Below are positions 1 through 10,605 of a stretch of DNA of 64,000 nt, one piece after another. Both the position numbers and the translations under genes were made by a program. Each line of letters starts with the position of its first letter. Position 1 is the first letter of the stretch. The notes below the pieces were generated by a model. That model searched no databases, was not told where the DNA came from, and saw nothing but the letters and a program-made list of their open reading frames with translations. Origin of the DNA: Pirellulales bacterium (lineage in GTDB: Bacteria; Planctomycetota; Planctomycetia; Pirellulales; DATAWG01); assembly GCA_036267355.1 (NCBI GenBank), contig DATAWG010000076.1, positions 60,291-124,290 of the forward strand, given 5' to 3'.

Positions 1-563
1 CATCGTGCTGGGACGTCGACTCGGTTGCGTTTCTCGAAGAGTTCAACACCCCGTGTTTGAAGGTTCCCTCGGCGGCGCTCACCGATCGCGAGTTGCTCGA
101 CGCATGCCGCGCGACGCGCAGGCCAGTCATGCTCTCGACCGGCATGTCGACGATGGACCAGATCGAAGCCGCGGTCGCCGTCTTGGGCACTGAGCGGTTG
201 CTGTTGGCCCACGCCACGAGCACCTATCCCTGCCCGAAGGAAGAGTTGAATCTGCGGATGATCACCACGCTCGCCAAACGCTTCGATTGCCCGATCGGCT
301 ACTCGGGGCACGAAGTCGGCTTGGCGACGTCGGTCGCGGCCATTGCGCTGGGAGCTTCGTTCATCGAACGTCATATCACGCTCGACCGCGCCATGTGGGG
401 CAGCGATCAAGCCGCATCCATCGAGCCGCAAGGTTTGAAACGGTTGGTCAAAGACATTCGCAGCGTCGAGAGCGCAATGGGCGACGGTCAAAAGCACGTT
501 TACCCGAGCGAAGTCGTCGCTGCCAGCCGATTGCGGCTGAAAAACACGCTCGACGCGAAATAA
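1..563 (+). CDS. N-acetylneuraminate/nonulosonate synthase family protein (NeuB-like), 5' partial
   Basis: Frame 3 is open from the window edge (SCWDVDSVAFLEEFNTPCLKVPSAAL...). TIM-barrel motifs of NeuB/PseI/LegI type are present (GYSGHE, IERHITLD, GSDQAASIEP). The protein ends about 25 aa after the barrel, so no SAF domain. Confidence 0.8.
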   Translation, partial: SCWDVDSVAFLEEFNTPCLKVPSAALTDRELLDACRATRRPVMLSTGMSTMDQIEAAVAVLGTERLLLAHATSTYPCPKEELNLRMITTLAKRFDCPIGYSGHEVGLATSVAAIALGASFIERHITLDRAMWGSDQAASIEPQGLKRLVKDIRSVESAMGDGQKHVYPSEVVAASRLRLKNTLDAK

Positions 564-602
564 CCGGCATGAAATTTCATAAATCGCCATTACAAGAATC
601 GC

Positions 603-1592
603 ATGGTCAACGCCGCATTTTGGAAAGATAAGCGTGTCCTGGTGACCGGCGGAGCGGGCTTCGTCGGGCGATGGGTGGGGCGGGCGCTCGTGGCCGCCGC
701 CGCCGAGCTGCACATCCTCGACATCGTGCCGCCGAAACATGTTGCCGAGCCATTTGCACTGCATCGCGCCGACCTGCGCGATCTGGATGCCGCCACGCAT
801 CTACTCGAAGAAACACGACCGGACGCGATTATTCATTTGGCCGGCCAGCCCGGCGTCTCGGTGTCGCATGACCAGCCCGTCTCGGCCTACGAAAGCAATG
901 TGTTGGCGACATTCAACCTTCTCGAAGCGGCACGGCGCATGACCGCGGCGCAAGCGGGCGGCCGCGGCGTCCCGCTGGCCATCGTCGCCGTCTCGAGCAA
1001 CCATGTGTACGGACATCAGCCCGCCGAAGGCCGGCAAGCGACGCCGGAGTCTGCCGCGTTGAACGGCTTGGGAATGTATGCAGCGACGAAACTCTGCGGC
1101 GACGTGCTGGCCCGCTGTTACGGGAAGAGCTACGGCGTGCCGGTCGGCATCGCGCGGATGACGAATTCCTACGGCGGCGACGATCACCACGTTGGCCATA
1201 TCATCACCGGCTCGATCCTTTCAACGCTGCGCGGCGAACGGCCCGTGATCAAGCAAAGCGGCCGCGATCGGAAAGGTTATCTCTATATCGAGGACACGGT
1301 CGATGGATTATTGGCCGTGGCCGAAGGCGTCGCCGGCTCACCGCAATTGGCCGGCGAAGCATTCAACCTCGTTCCCGACGAAGCGATCACGACGCTCGAA
1401 TTGGTGCGAGCCATCGTCGCCGCGGCGGATAGCGCTCTCGAGCCGATCGTTCAACTTCCCGACGCGCCGCACGAAGCGGAGTTCCTGGATAACACAAAGG
1501 CTCGGCAACTGCTGGGCTGGAAGCCGCGGCACGATCTGCGCGCGGGCCTGCGGAAAACAATTGCTTGGTATCGTCGATCAAGCGGCGCGTGA
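603..1592 (+). CDS. NAD-dependent epimerase/dehydratase (extended SDR)
   Basis: Rossmann motif VTGGAGFVGRWV, catalytic YAATK (YxxxK), 329 aa. The ATG lies 40 nt after the upstream stop. Confidence 0.85.
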   Translation: MVNAAFWKDKRVLVTGGAGFVGRWVGRALVAAAAELHILDIVPPKHVAEPFALHRADLRDLDAATHLLEETRPDAIIHLAGQPGVSVSHDQPVSAYESNVLATFNLLEAARRMTAAQAGGRGVPLAIVAVSSNHVYGHQPAEGRQATPESAALNGLGMYAATKLCGDVLARCYGKSYGVPVGIARMTNSYGGDDHHVGHIITGSILSTLRGERPVIKQSGRDRKGYLYIEDTVDGLLAVAEGVAGSPQLAGEAFNLVPDEAITTLELVRAIVAAADSALEPIVQLPDAPHEAEFLDNTKARQLLGWKPRHDLRAGLRKTIAWYRRSSGA

Positions 1593-1615
1593 GGCGCCCG
1601 GCATGCAACCACCCG

Positions 1616-3223
1616 ATGGAACAGAACGACCAACAGCCAATGGCAGCCGCTGCCCCGCCGGCCGGAGAGCCGGTGTCGGGCTCACCGCCAATGGCCTCGT
1701 CGCCACCGACATCATCGGCGCCGGCCGATTCACCGCCGATGCCCGCGGGATCCGCGCGGCAGCACACTTATGTGCGCCGTTTGGTCGGATCGACGTTCAA
1801 CTACGGGCTGGGAAAATTCGCGCCAAAGATCATTCGCTTCCTGTTGACATTTGTCTTCACGCGGATTCTTTCGCCGGAGCAATATGGATTCATCGACTTG
1901 TCGTCGAAGTTCGGCGATTTCCTCACGACCCCGATGAAGCTGGGCGTTCCGGGAGCGATCACGCGGTTTTACTTCGATTTCTCCGAAGGGCCGTCGCTCA
2001 AGGATTATGTGACGACGGTCGCTTGGTTTGTCGGTCTATGCACCATGACCGTCGGGCTGGTGGCGCTGGTGATCAGCCCCTGGCTCCTGGGGCACTTTAT
2101 CCCAGGATTGCCCTACCTGCCGTTTGCCGTGTTGGCAATCGTTTCCGCGATGCTCGTTTGCATGACCGAATTGCAGGAACGGCTTGTGCAGGCGCGGGAA
2201 CAGTCGGGCTATGCGGCCCGGTTGTACCTCGGCCGGGCAAGCATCGCGATTGTGCTCGCCGTGCTGTTCGTGGCCGGCTTTCGCTGGGGGGCGGCCGGAA
2301 TGCTTGGAGCCGAGGTGGTGTCTTATTTGGCGCTTGCGCTGCTGGCGATCCGCTACCTGAGACCCGAAGTGAGCGGCCGATTTCGATTGCCCATGCTGCG
2401 ATCGTCGCTGGCCTACGGGATGGCGATGCTGCCGGGCGATTTTGCCGGCAGCCTGACTCCGTTGGTGACGCAAGCGATCCTGGCCGACGCCCAGTCGGTG
2501 TCTGCCGTCGGTATGCTGGGAGTCGCCGGTCGATTCGCGCAACCGCTGATTATTCTTGCTTACGCGTTTCAAACGGCGTTCAATCCGATTTACTTTTCAA
2601 TCCGCAAGGAGGCGACTCCTGGCGGAATGCAGCGGCTCGCGGTGACGGCGCGCAACGTTTGGGCGTTGGCGATTTTCGGCGGCGTGGGGACGGCATTGCT
2701 TGGGCCGTGGGTGATTGTGCTCATGACGCCCTCCAGCTTTCACGCGGCCGGCCCGTTGCTGCCGATCTACGTGGTTTTTTTCCTTGGAATGGTCATTCAG
2801 TCGCTTTTCGCCCCGGAGATTTACTACAGCAAGCAGACGTGGTGGGTGCCGGTGGTCGCCTACAGCGGCTCGGCGGTGAACATCGCAGTGACTGTGCTCA
2901 CGGTGCACCGCTTCGGAGCGACGGGTGTCGCCTGGGCCATGGCATCGGAGCGTGTGGCGACGGCGCTTATTTTCGCAGTCATTTCAATGCGATTGGTGAT
3001 GATTCCGCACCAATGGTTCAATCTTGCGCGGATTACTCTGTGCGGGGCCGCAGCCGCGGCAGCCGTGTTTTGGATTCCGCGGAATGGCGGAATCGCCGAA
3101 CTCGGAATCGGCACGCTGGGAATCGCAGCATTCCCCATCGTCCTGTGGATGACCGGCGATCCGAGCATCCGCGAGGGCCTGCATTTGGCGCGGCGAATAT
3201 GGGCTCGGGAATCTCAGCCCTAG
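1616..3223 (+). CDS. Polysaccharide flippase (Wzx/MOP superfamily-like)
   Basis: About 535 aa and highly hydrophobic with multiple helices, typical of polysaccharide-biosynthesis transporters. The N-terminus is Pro/Ala-rich. Start taken at the first ATG after the upstream stop; TTG 1565 is also open. Confidence 0.75.
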   Translation: MEQNDQQPMAAAAPPAGEPVSGSPPMASSPPTSSAPADSPPMPAGSARQHTYVRRLVGSTFNYGLGKFAPKIIRFLLTFVFTRILSPEQYGFIDLSSKFGDFLTTPMKLGVPGAITRFYFDFSEGPSLKDYVTTVAWFVGLCTMTVGLVALVISPWLLGHFIPGLPYLPFAVLAIVSAMLVCMTELQERLVQAREQSGYAARLYLGRASIAIVLAVLFVAGFRWGAAGMLGAEVVSYLALALLAIRYLRPEVSGRFRLPMLRSSLAYGMAMLPGDFAGSLTPLVTQAILADAQSVSAVGMLGVAGRFAQPLIILAYAFQTAFNPIYFSIRKEATPGGMQRLAVTARNVWALAIFGGVGTALLGPWVIVLMTPSSFHAAGPLLPIYVVFFLGMVIQSLFAPEIYYSKQTWWVPVVAYSGSAVNIAVTVLTVHRFGATGVAWAMASERVATALIFAVISMRLVMIPHQWFNLARITLCGAAAAAAVFWIPRNGGIAELGIGTLGIAAFPIVLWMTGDPSIREGLHLARRIWARESQP

Positions 3224-3245
3224 TGGGTTCGATAGAACGCCCGAA

Positions 3246-5153
3246 GTGCTCAGGCAGTTCGTGAATCATTTCGTCTACTACGATTTGGAAGAAGTGCTGG
3301 CCGACGACGTGCGTCGCGCACGAGCCGTTGTGCCGGGTGCGCGGGAATTCATTGCTCGCGGCACTCCGTGGCCCGAAAAATTGGAAGGACCACCGCCTTC
3401 CGAACTGTGGAACCCCCGTGAGCTCGAATATCAGCGGCGGCTAATGGATTGGATCGATCGTTTGTTCAAGTCTCTGGAGCATGGGCGAATGCAGTCGCTG
3501 CTCGCTTGCAGCGAAGGGTTTTCACAACTGGAGATATTGCGTTATCGGTTTCTTTTCGAGTTCTCGGAGATCGAGCAACGGCTGGCGGTCGCCGGTGAGA
3601 TGTATCGCGAGGGGGCGGAACATATTTCATGGATTGTCCCAGAATCGGCGTGCGCGACCATCCGGCAGCTGATGGGCGGCATCAATTCGCCGCACATCGA
3701 CGTGATCGGCGTCGAGCGGCCCGCCAAGTCGCGAAGCCGGCTTTGGCGACTCTTTCGTTCCTGCGGCCGACGCGTGATCGATGGCTTGATGAACAGCGCG
3801 GATGTGATTGCCCGCGACCCGCGAGACTGGGTAAAGTCGCTTGGTGAGTCGGTGGCAATCGTCGAATATTATCCGAACAGTGCGAAGGCGCTGATTCCCG
3901 TTGCCAAGGCGCTTCGCGAAGAACACGGCGTTGAGACGATTTGGATCGCCGCTCGAAGGCAAGTGAAAGTGGCGCTCGAGCGCCACGGCGTCGCTTCGAC
4001 CTTACTTCGCCGGTTGTCGCCAACAGCGAATCGACGGCCGAAACGTCTTCCCGCCGAGACCGCCGGACGTTTGCGGGAAGCAATCGGTGCTGACGCCGAT
4101 GAGAGTTTGTTCTTCGGAACCGGCTCGCTTTTTGGAAAGTCGTTGCTTGCTCCGGCGATCGTTGAAAAGCTTTCGGGCCTGTTGCAGGAATCGGCATTCT
4201 GGCTCGATTCGCTCACGGAAGCGTTCGCCAGGGTACAACCGCTCTGCGTCGTTTCGACCACATATAGCAGCATGGTCGGCCGCGCTGCCGCCCTAGCCGC
4301 GCGGCGACGGAATATCCCATCGGCGTTCGTGCAGCACGGCATGTTTCCGGACTACGACGTATTCACGCGATTCTGCAACGACGCGATCTTTGTTTGGGGG
4401 CACGCGAATCAGCGAACGATCCACCGCAACGGAATTGCCAATTCCCGGATCCGCGTTGTGGGCCCGGCGATTTACGACGAACTGATTCGGCGCAAGCGGC
4501 TATCGAAACGGCCTGCGACGGTTGGCCAAGGCAATCCACTCGAAATCGCTTACATGGCGTCGCGAACGGGCGGACAGGTCGTAAGCGTTTCGTTGGCCAA
4601 GCTGCACCTGATGGCGATTGTTCGCGCTGCCGCCGTCATTCCGAATAGCCGTCTCACGGTAAAGGTGCATCCGGCCGACTACACGGGGATCATCGATTCG
4701 GTCTTGCGGCAACATCCGCACGTGCGGATCGTTCGCGAAGGCAGCTCGCAAGACGTAACGCTTCAGTCGGATGTTGTGATCGTCGTATCCAGCACGACCG
4801 GCCTTGAGGCCTGCATTGCCGATAAGCCCCTGATCGTTATCGAGACCAAGGGGCTGTCGGAATATGGCCCCTACCGCCAATATGGAGCGGCGATACAGGT
4901 TGCGATCGACCACGTGGACGACTCCGAGCGTTTGGCGATCATCATTCGGCAGCTTTCGACCGATTCCAAAGCGCTTGCCGAGTTGGCCGAAGGGCGCCGG
5001 CGGTTGGTCGATGATCTATTGAACGGCGGCAGGGCGGATGCGACAGAATTGACCGCTCGGGCAATTGTCGAACTTTTTCGTGGCCGCTCCGAATCTAGCG
5101 AGGTGATCGCGGCTGCACGTGCGAAGGACCATGGCAACCGCTCTCTCGACTAA
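3246..5153 (+). CDS. Hypothetical protein with C-terminal GT-B / capsule-synthesis (KpsC/KpsS/TagF-like, HP-motif) region
   Basis: 635-aa ORF with a GTG start. C-terminal signature VKVHPADY...DVVIVVSSTTGLEACIADKPLIVIE. The N-terminal ~350 aa are not recognisable. Confidence 0.5.
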   Translation: MLRQFVNHFVYYDLEEVLADDVRRARAVVPGAREFIARGTPWPEKLEGPPPSELWNPRELEYQRRLMDWIDRLFKSLEHGRMQSLLACSEGFSQLEILRYRFLFEFSEIEQRLAVAGEMYREGAEHISWIVPESACATIRQLMGGINSPHIDVIGVERPAKSRSRLWRLFRSCGRRVIDGLMNSADVIARDPRDWVKSLGESVAIVEYYPNSAKALIPVAKALREEHGVETIWIAARRQVKVALERHGVASTLLRRLSPTANRRPKRLPAETAGRLREAIGADADESLFFGTGSLFGKSLLAPAIVEKLSGLLQESAFWLDSLTEAFARVQPLCVVSTTYSSMVGRAAALAARRRNIPSAFVQHGMFPDYDVFTRFCNDAIFVWGHANQRTIHRNGIANSRIRVVGPAIYDELIRRKRLSKRPATVGQGNPLEIAYMASRTGGQVVSVSLAKLHLMAIVRAAAVIPNSRLTVKVHPADYTGIIDSVLRQHPHVRIVREGSSQDVTLQSDVVIVVSSTTGLEACIADKPLIVIETKGLSEYGPYRQYGAAIQVAIDHVDDSERLAIIIRQLSTDSKALAELAEGRRRLVDDLLNGGRADATELTARAIVELFRGRSESSEVIAAARAKDHGNRSLD

Positions 5154-6045
5154 TTCCATCGGCCCGAGCTTGGCGAAATGCCCGGCTTGCCATGCGCCCT
5201 GGACGACCGCCGGTGCGGTTCGCGTTCCGCTTGGACGAGCGTCTGACGCGATGTTGACCGATATGCTTCGAAAGCAACTCCACGTTCTTGTTTACGAGCG
5301 CTGTTCGTTTTGCAATTCGCTCGTCGCTACCGACGAGCGACGCGATCCGCAGTTCCTGCAATCGATTTACGAGTTGTTGCCGGCATCGTATTGGCACCAT
5401 TTGAATCCTCAGGCTGGCTTGAACATCGCAATCGAAAAACAATTGGGCAAGCGTGGTTTGGTGCGGGGCGACCTTTGGGACGTCGGTTGCGGGAATGGAA
5501 ATCTTCTGAGCACTCTCGGCCGTCAGTGGCGCAAGCGCGGCATCGAGCCGGGCCGCCAGGCAGTGGCGGAGGCGAGGGCCCAAAATTTGGACGTGCTTCT
5601 CGGCACTCCCGCGTCGTTGCAATTGCGCGAGGTGGCGGACGCCGTTTTGCTCGTCGATGTCGTCGAGCATTTGCCGGAACCGGAACTCGAACTGCTTGCG
5701 ATCAAGCAGATGTTGCGACCGGGCGGGGCGCTCGTCGTATTAACCGGGCGCGCGGATGCGCGGACGGCCCGTTTCGCCGGACCGCATTGGTATTACCTGC
5801 ATTGCATCGGCCACGTGACAATTTTCAGTGCGAGCTCATTTCCGTTGCTGCTGCGCAAACTCGGATTCACCGATGTTGCCGTTTTTCGCGTGGAGCACCC
5901 GGGTTCGGTTGGGCTGCGTCGTTGGACGCAGCGAATCGGCGGCAACCTCTTGCGAAGCGCCATCGGAAAGGATCCGGCCGCGATGCACTACTACCGCGAC
6001 CATCAGCTCGTTCTCGCAACGAAGCCGCTTTCCAGCAACCCTTGA
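5131..6045 (+). CDS. Class I SAM-dependent methyltransferase with N-terminal zinc-ribbon
   Basis: Motifs LWDVGCGNGNLL, LLVDVVEHLPEP and MLRPGGALVV, preceded by CPAC...CSFC. ATG 5131 overlaps the upstream gene by 23 nt. Confidence 0.8.
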   Translation: MATALSTNSIGPSLAKCPACHAPWTTAGAVRVPLGRASDAMLTDMLRKQLHVLVYERCSFCNSLVATDERRDPQFLQSIYELLPASYWHHLNPQAGLNIAIEKQLGKRGLVRGDLWDVGCGNGNLLSTLGRQWRKRGIEPGRQAVAEARAQNLDVLLGTPASLQLREVADAVLLVDVVEHLPEPELELLAIKQMLRPGGALVVLTGRADARTARFAGPHWYYLHCIGHVTIFSASSFPLLLRKLGFTDVAVFRVEHPGSVGLRRWTQRIGGNLLRSAIGKDPAAMHYYRDHQLVLATKPLSSNP

Positions 6046-7406
6046 TGCATTCCATCGATTCACGCTTGACGCAGGTCGCTTCCGACAATGGGCCGGAAAT
6101 CGGCGAAGCATCGGCCGAACGCCAGCTTCGTGTGCTCTTCTGTTCTTGGTCGGAATTGGACATCGCCTCCGGGACGCCGGTTATCGTGTGCGATATGCTA
6201 AGGCACTTCTCCGACGGGAACGCCGAAGTTTTCACGGAAGAGAACCTCGACCAAAAGCGCCGCCGCAAGATATCGATTGACCACCCCGTCCGCAAGTTTC
6301 AGTTTCATACCAGGCTGTGGCCCTTTCTCCGCGGGCATCGGATTCGCCGCCGTTTGGCGCGAGCCGGCTTTCCGCTGCTGCTCGGCCAGATGGTCCGGCA
6401 TATCCGCCGATTCCAACCGGATTGCATGGTTGCGATCTACGCCCAACCGCACTGGATTCTTGCCACGTGGATGGCTTCGCGAATCACACGCGTGCCGCTC
6501 GTCTATCATGTTCACGATGCGTTCTTGGAAGCCAATGAGCGGCGAAAGAATTCGAGCTTTGCGAGTTGGCTGGAACGCAAGACGCTCACCTCCACCCGTG
6601 TCTTGGCGCTCGACGACAACATGGCCGACCATTACAAGCGTCGTTACGGCATCCAATGCACGGTTCTTCGCCATATCGTCGAGCATCGTCCGCTACCGGC
6701 CAAGCCCGGACCGCACGCCGGGACAGCCGCCACCGATGCGGCGGCCTTGTCCGCAGGGTCACGCACGCTCACGATCGGATTTGCCGGTGCGATTTATGAG
6801 AGCAACTTGCGCCAATTGACCGAGTTGAGCCAACTTGTCAACCAAGATCCCACGTTCCGTTTGAAGGTGTGGTCGGGCTCGTCTTTCGATACGAGCCGAA
6901 TTTGCGGTCCGAGGGTTGAAGTCGCTTTCGAAGCGAACTACGAGCGATTGCTCGCGAATATCGGCGACTGCGACCTGTTGTATCTTCCCTTGCACTTCAG
7001 CCCCGGGAAGAGCATGGCGGCAAATGCCATGTCGCTTTCGCTGCCCACCAAGAGCTTCGATTATTTACTGTCGGGCGTTCCAATCTTGGTCCACTGCCCG
7101 GAGGATTTTTCCCTATCGCGGTTCTTTGTGAAAAACCGTTGCGGATACGTATTGAACGATCCGCAGATCGAGGCCGTTCGCGAATGGCTCGACGCCTGGC
7201 GATCCGGGCAGCTTCCGCCTCCGGACGAAGAGGCTCGGCTGAAAACTTTGCAAATGCATTCCGCTGCGGAAAACAAGCGAATTCTGTGGCAAGTGCTAAG
7301 CGAAGAAATCGGTCGTAGCGGCACGACAAAGCCGGTGTCGCATCGCGATACCATGGATGAACTTCAACTTCACCGTCCGCCCTCCAAGGATTCCAGCCCC
7401 ACATGA
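6045..7406 (+). CDS. Glycosyltransferase (GT-B-like, family uncertain)
   Basis: ATG 6045 shares its A with the upstream TGA (TGATG). C-terminal segment LYLPLHF...[21 protein letters not shown]. The 698-aa track ORF from 5310 is only an in-frame upstream extension. Confidence 0.6.
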   Translation: MHSIDSRLTQVASDNGPEIGEASAERQLRVLFCSWSELDIASGTPVIVCDMLRHFSDGNAEVFTEENLDQKRRRKISIDHPVRKFQFHTRLWPFLRGHRIRRRLARAGFPLLLGQMVRHIRRFQPDCMVAIYAQPHWILATWMASRITRVPLVYHVHDAFLEANERRKNSSFASWLERKTLTSTRVLALDDNMADHYKRRYGIQCTVLRHIVEHRPLPAKPGPHAGTAATDAAALSAGSRTLTIGFAGAIYESNLRQLTELSQLVNQDPTFRLKVWSGSSFDTSRICGPRVEVAFEANYERLLANIGDCDLLYLPLHFSPGKSMAANAMSLSLPTKSFDYLLSGVPILVHCPEDFSLSRFFVKNRCGYVLNDPQIEAVREWLDAWRSGQLPPPDEEARLKTLQMHSAAENKRILWQVLSEEIGRSGTTKPVSHRDTMDELQLHRPPSKDSSPT

Positions 7407-8473
7407 GCGTAGCAATCGTCACCGGTTCGGCCGGCTTGATCGGTTCCGAAACTGCAAGGCATTTCGCCGGCATCGGCATGGATATCGTAGGCGTCGATAA
7501 CGATATGCGCCGATATTTTTTCGGCGCTGATGCATCGACAACCTGGCAACGCGAAGCATTGCAACGGAATTTGGATCGACAATATCGGCACGTCGAACTC
7601 GATATCCGCGATCGCGACGGCATCGAACGCCTGATGAGCGAGTATCGATCCGACATTCGCCTCGTCGTTCACACGGCGGCCCAACCCTCGCACGACTGGG
7701 CGGCCAAAGAACCGCTGACGGATTTTTCCGTCAACGCGCTCGGCACGCTCAACATGCTGGAAGCCACGCGCCAATTCGCCCCCGACGCGGTGTTCCTGTT
7801 CACCTCCACGAACAAGGTCTACGGCGATACGCCGAATCGGCTTCCACTCGTGGAATTGGAATCTCGCTGGGAAATCGCCCCGGACCACACCTACGCCGAC
7901 GGCATCCGCGAAGACATGTCGATCGACCAGACATTGCACAGTCTGTTCGGCGCTTCGAAAGTCGCGGCCGACATCCTCGTGCAAGAGTATGGGCGGTATT
8001 TTGGCTTGCGTTCGGCCTGTTTCCGAGGCGGCTGCCTCACCGGTCCCAACCATTCCGGCGCCCAATTGCACGGCTTTCTGGCCTACCTCGTCAAATGTGC
8101 CGCCCGGCGGACGCCCTACACCGTGTTCGGATACGGCGGCAAACAGGTACGCGATAATATCCACTGCGCAGATTTGATCCGGGCCTTCGATCGCTTCTTC
8201 CATGCGCCGCGCTGCGGCGAGGTCTATAACATCGGCGGCAGCCGCTATAGCAATTGCTCCATGCTCGAAGCGATCGACATCTGCACGGAAGTGACCGGCA
8301 ATCATCTGGATTGGAACTATCAAGAACAAAACCGCACGGGCGATCATATCTGGTGGATCAGCAGCGTGGCAAAATTTCAATCGCACTATCCCGACTGGCA
8401 GCTAACCTACGACGTGCGTCGCATCATTCGCGAGATCTATGAGGCGAATCGAGAGCGCTGGGCCGCCGCCTAA
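7403..8473 (+). CDS. NAD-dependent sugar epimerase (extended SDR, CDP-paratose/UDP-sugar epimerase-like)
   Basis: [10 protein letters not shown] Rossmann motif and FGASK (YxxxK position). 356 aa. ATGA overlap with the upstream stop. Confidence 0.85.
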   Translation: MSVAIVTGSAGLIGSETARHFAGIGMDIVGVDNDMRRYFFGADASTTWQREALQRNLDRQYRHVELDIRDRDGIERLMSEYRSDIRLVVHTAAQPSHDWAAKEPLTDFSVNALGTLNMLEATRQFAPDAVFLFTSTNKVYGDTPNRLPLVELESRWEIAPDHTYADGIREDMSIDQTLHSLFGASKVAADILVQEYGRYFGLRSACFRGGCLTGPNHSGAQLHGFLAYLVKCAARRTPYTVFGYGGKQVRDNIHCADLIRAFDRFFHAPRCGEVYNIGGSRYSNCSMLEAIDICTEVTGNHLDWNYQEQNRTGDHIWWISSVAKFQSHYPDWQLTYDVRRIIREIYEANRERWAAA

Positions 8474-8495
8474 TGCAATTTGATAGGTTAAACAC

Positions 8496-8580
8496 GGGCA
8501 TGGGTGCCCTACCCGCGGCTTGCGTGGGCATGTTCCCCGAGCGATCCACTTGCCCGACCAAGGCGGTGGGCACGGCATCC
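8496..8580. repeat. REP-like palindromic element cluster (GGGCATGGGTGCCC / GCGTGGGCATG / GGTGGGCACGGCA)
   Basis: Intergenic. Contains GGGCAtgggTGCCC hairpin and GTGGGCA motifs, related to the element at 53367-53451. Confidence 0.4.
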
Positions 8581-8649
8581 GCTGATCTCCCATCGATCTC
8601 GCGGCGAATGAATGACTGACCGAATTACTCGCATGGAAATCCTGACCGC

Positions 8650-10605
8650 ATGTGCGGAATAGCCGGCATCTGGAACTGCCGCCCCGGCTTCGATGCCGAA
8701 CCGGCCGTGGGCGCGATGCTCGATGCGATGCAATATCGCGGCCCCGACGGCCGAGGCACGCTTGCGTTCGAAGGGGGGGCCGCGGGAATGGTGCGCCTTG
8801 CCCTGGTCGATCTCTCTCCACGCGGCATGCAGCCGATTTGGTCGGCCAACCGCCGCGTTGCGGTGCTGTTCAATGGCGAGATTTACAACTTCCGCTCCGA
8901 ACGCGATCGTCTTCTCCGCTCCGGAGTCGAGTTCCACACCGGAACCGACACGGAAGTGATCCTTCAACTCTACCTGGAGGACAACGACAACTTCGTCGAG
9001 CGCTTGCGCGGTATGTTCGCGATTGCGGTGTTCGATTGGCGCTCCTCGTCGGCCGGCGCGTTGCCGATGCTCACGCTAGTGCGAGGTCCCTTGGGGATCA
9101 AGCCGCTCTATATCGCCGCGATGAGCGATGATCCGCATGCCATCGCGTTCGCGTCCGAGGTGCGCGGCTTGTTGGCCGGAGGCATTGTACCGCGGCGTGT
9201 TGACCCGGACGGGCTGAGCGATTTTCTCGCCTGCGGATTCGTCGCACAGCCGCGGACGATTATCTCCGGCGTGCGAATGCTGGAAGCCGGCTGGTTGGAA
9301 CGGTATTCGCCTGGAGAGGAGGTCCGTCGGCGGCGATTCTGGCATCCACCGCCTTACCGTCCCCGCGCGGAAACGCTCGACGAGGCGGCTAGCCGCCTGC
9401 GCGGCATTTTGGAAGAGAGCATCGCGTTGCACGCCTTTGCCGACGCGCCGGTCGGCGCCTTCCTGAGCGGCGGCGTCGATTCCACGGGAATCGTCGGCCT
9501 GATGCGCAAGCATGTTTCCGAGTTGCGGACCTACACGCTTGCCTATCCCGACGCTCCACAGCGCGACGAATCGGAGTACGCAATCGAAACGGCCGCCCGC
9601 TTCGATTGCCGCAACACGGTGGTCGAAGTGCGCGGCAGCGAAATGCCCGACGTTTTGCCGGCGTTCGCCAGCGCGATGGACCAGCCGAGCTCCGACGGTT
9701 TGAACACGTGGCTGATCTCGCGGGCAGCAGCCGGCGATGTGAAGGCCGTGCTTTCGGGCATCGGCGGCGACGAATGGTTTTCCGGCTATCCTGTCACACG
9801 TCGCATGGCCTACTACGCCGTGCACCCGTTCGGCCGCGCCAAAGCCTTCGCCGGCACGGTGGCGGCAATGCTCACCGATTTGCTTCCCGAAGGAAAGATT
9901 CGCCAGCGGGCGTACAACCTCGCCATGCGTCGGTCGTCGCTATCGACTTGGCTGCATGCCCATTCGGTGTTTCGCTACGATCAAGCACGCCGCATGATCG
10001 GCCAGCCGGAAGACAATTCCGAACAAGTTCACGAGTTCGTTGACGCATTGACCGAGTTGCGCTCCGATTACGGCCGGGAGGGGCCTATCGGCCTGGCCTG
10101 TTTGTTGGATTTCCATTTCTATATGGGAAGCCAGTTGCTCCGCGACGCCGACGCCATGAGCATGTCGCATTCGCTCGAGTTGCGGACGCCGTACGTTGAC
10201 GTCGAGGTGGTCGATTTCGCCCGAAGTTGCCAAAACGACTACAAGCTCCGCTACGATGGCGGCTTGGACGGCCATTATTCGCATAGCGGAGCGAAGCGGG
10301 TGTTGATCCACGCGTTGCGCGATGTCTTGCCGCTGGATATAGCGCAGCGTCCGAAGCGAGGCTTTGCATTGCCGATGGTCCATTGGATGCGCAACGACCT
10401 TCGTCCGCTACTGATGGACACTTGCAGTCACGCCGCCATCGCTCGCCGTGGATTGGTGGATCCGGCAGCGGTCGCCCCGATGATGCACGGGGCCGAGGCG
10501 ATCTCAGCCAACCTCTATCCTCGTTTGTGGACGCTGATGCTGCTCGAATTGTGGTGCCGGGCGACGCTCGATGTTCCGGTGCGGGCGCCGGTGGCAAGCC
10601 GATGA
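8650..10605 (+). CDS. Asparagine synthase (glutamine-hydrolysing) family amidotransferase
   Basis: N-terminal MCGIAG (Cys2 Ntn nucleophile) and PP-loop SGGVDS. 651 aa. Confidence 0.9.
   Translation: MCGIAGIWNCRPGFDAEPAVGAMLDAMQYRGPDGRGTLAFEGGAAGMVRLALVDLSPRGMQPIWSANRRVAVLFNGEIYNFRSERDRLLRSGVEFHTGTDTEVILQLYLEDNDNFVERLRGMFAIAVFDWRSSSAGALPMLTLVRGPLGIKPLYIAAMSDDPHAIAFASEVRGLLAGGIVPRRVDPDGLSDFLACGFVAQPRTIISGVRMLEAGWLERYSPGEEVRRRRFWHPPPYRPRAETLDEAASRLRGILEESIALHAFADAPVGAFLSGGVDSTGIVGLMRKHVSELRTYTLAYPDAPQRDESEYAIETAARFDCRNTVVEVRGSEMPDVLPAFASAMDQPSSDGLNTWLISRAAAGDVKAVLSGIGGDEWFSGYPVTRRMAYYAVHPFGRAKAFAGTVAAMLTDLLPEGKIRQRAYNLAMRRSSLSTWLHAHSVFRYDQARRMIGQPEDNSEQVHEFVDALTELRSDYGREGPIGLACLLDFHFYMGSQLLRDADAMSMSHSLELRTPYVDVEVVDFARSCQNDYKLRYDGGLDGHYSHSGAKRVLIHALRDVLPLDIAQRPKRGFALPMVHWMRNDLRPLLMDTCSHAAIARRGLVDPAAVAPMMHGAEAISANLYPRLWTLMLLELWCRATLDVPVRAPVASR

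Noticed and set aside
5310-6044. N-terminal extensions of track ORFs. These are 5310, 12355, 32987, 34719, 43545 and 53674, plus 1565, 38755, 48570-49892 and 37239.
   Set aside because: The extensions run through the preceding gene or intergenic DNA and have shadow-like composition. In each case an internal start codon sits right after the upstream stop, or has a Shine-Dalgarno sequence, and gives the canonical family N-terminus.
7370-8386. Long antisense or out-of-frame ORFs. These include 1303-3264(+), 7370-8386(-), 16176-17609(-), 37260-38672(-) and 39553-40386(-). They also include 47216-48661(+), 48489-49523(+), 50165-51931(-), 52092-53444(-), 55146-56435(+) and 56290-57180(+).
   Set aside because: Each overlaps a gene with clear family motifs in another frame or on the other strand. 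Their translations are Arg/Ala/Pro/Gly-rich and low in complexity, as expected for shadow ORFs in high-GC DNA.
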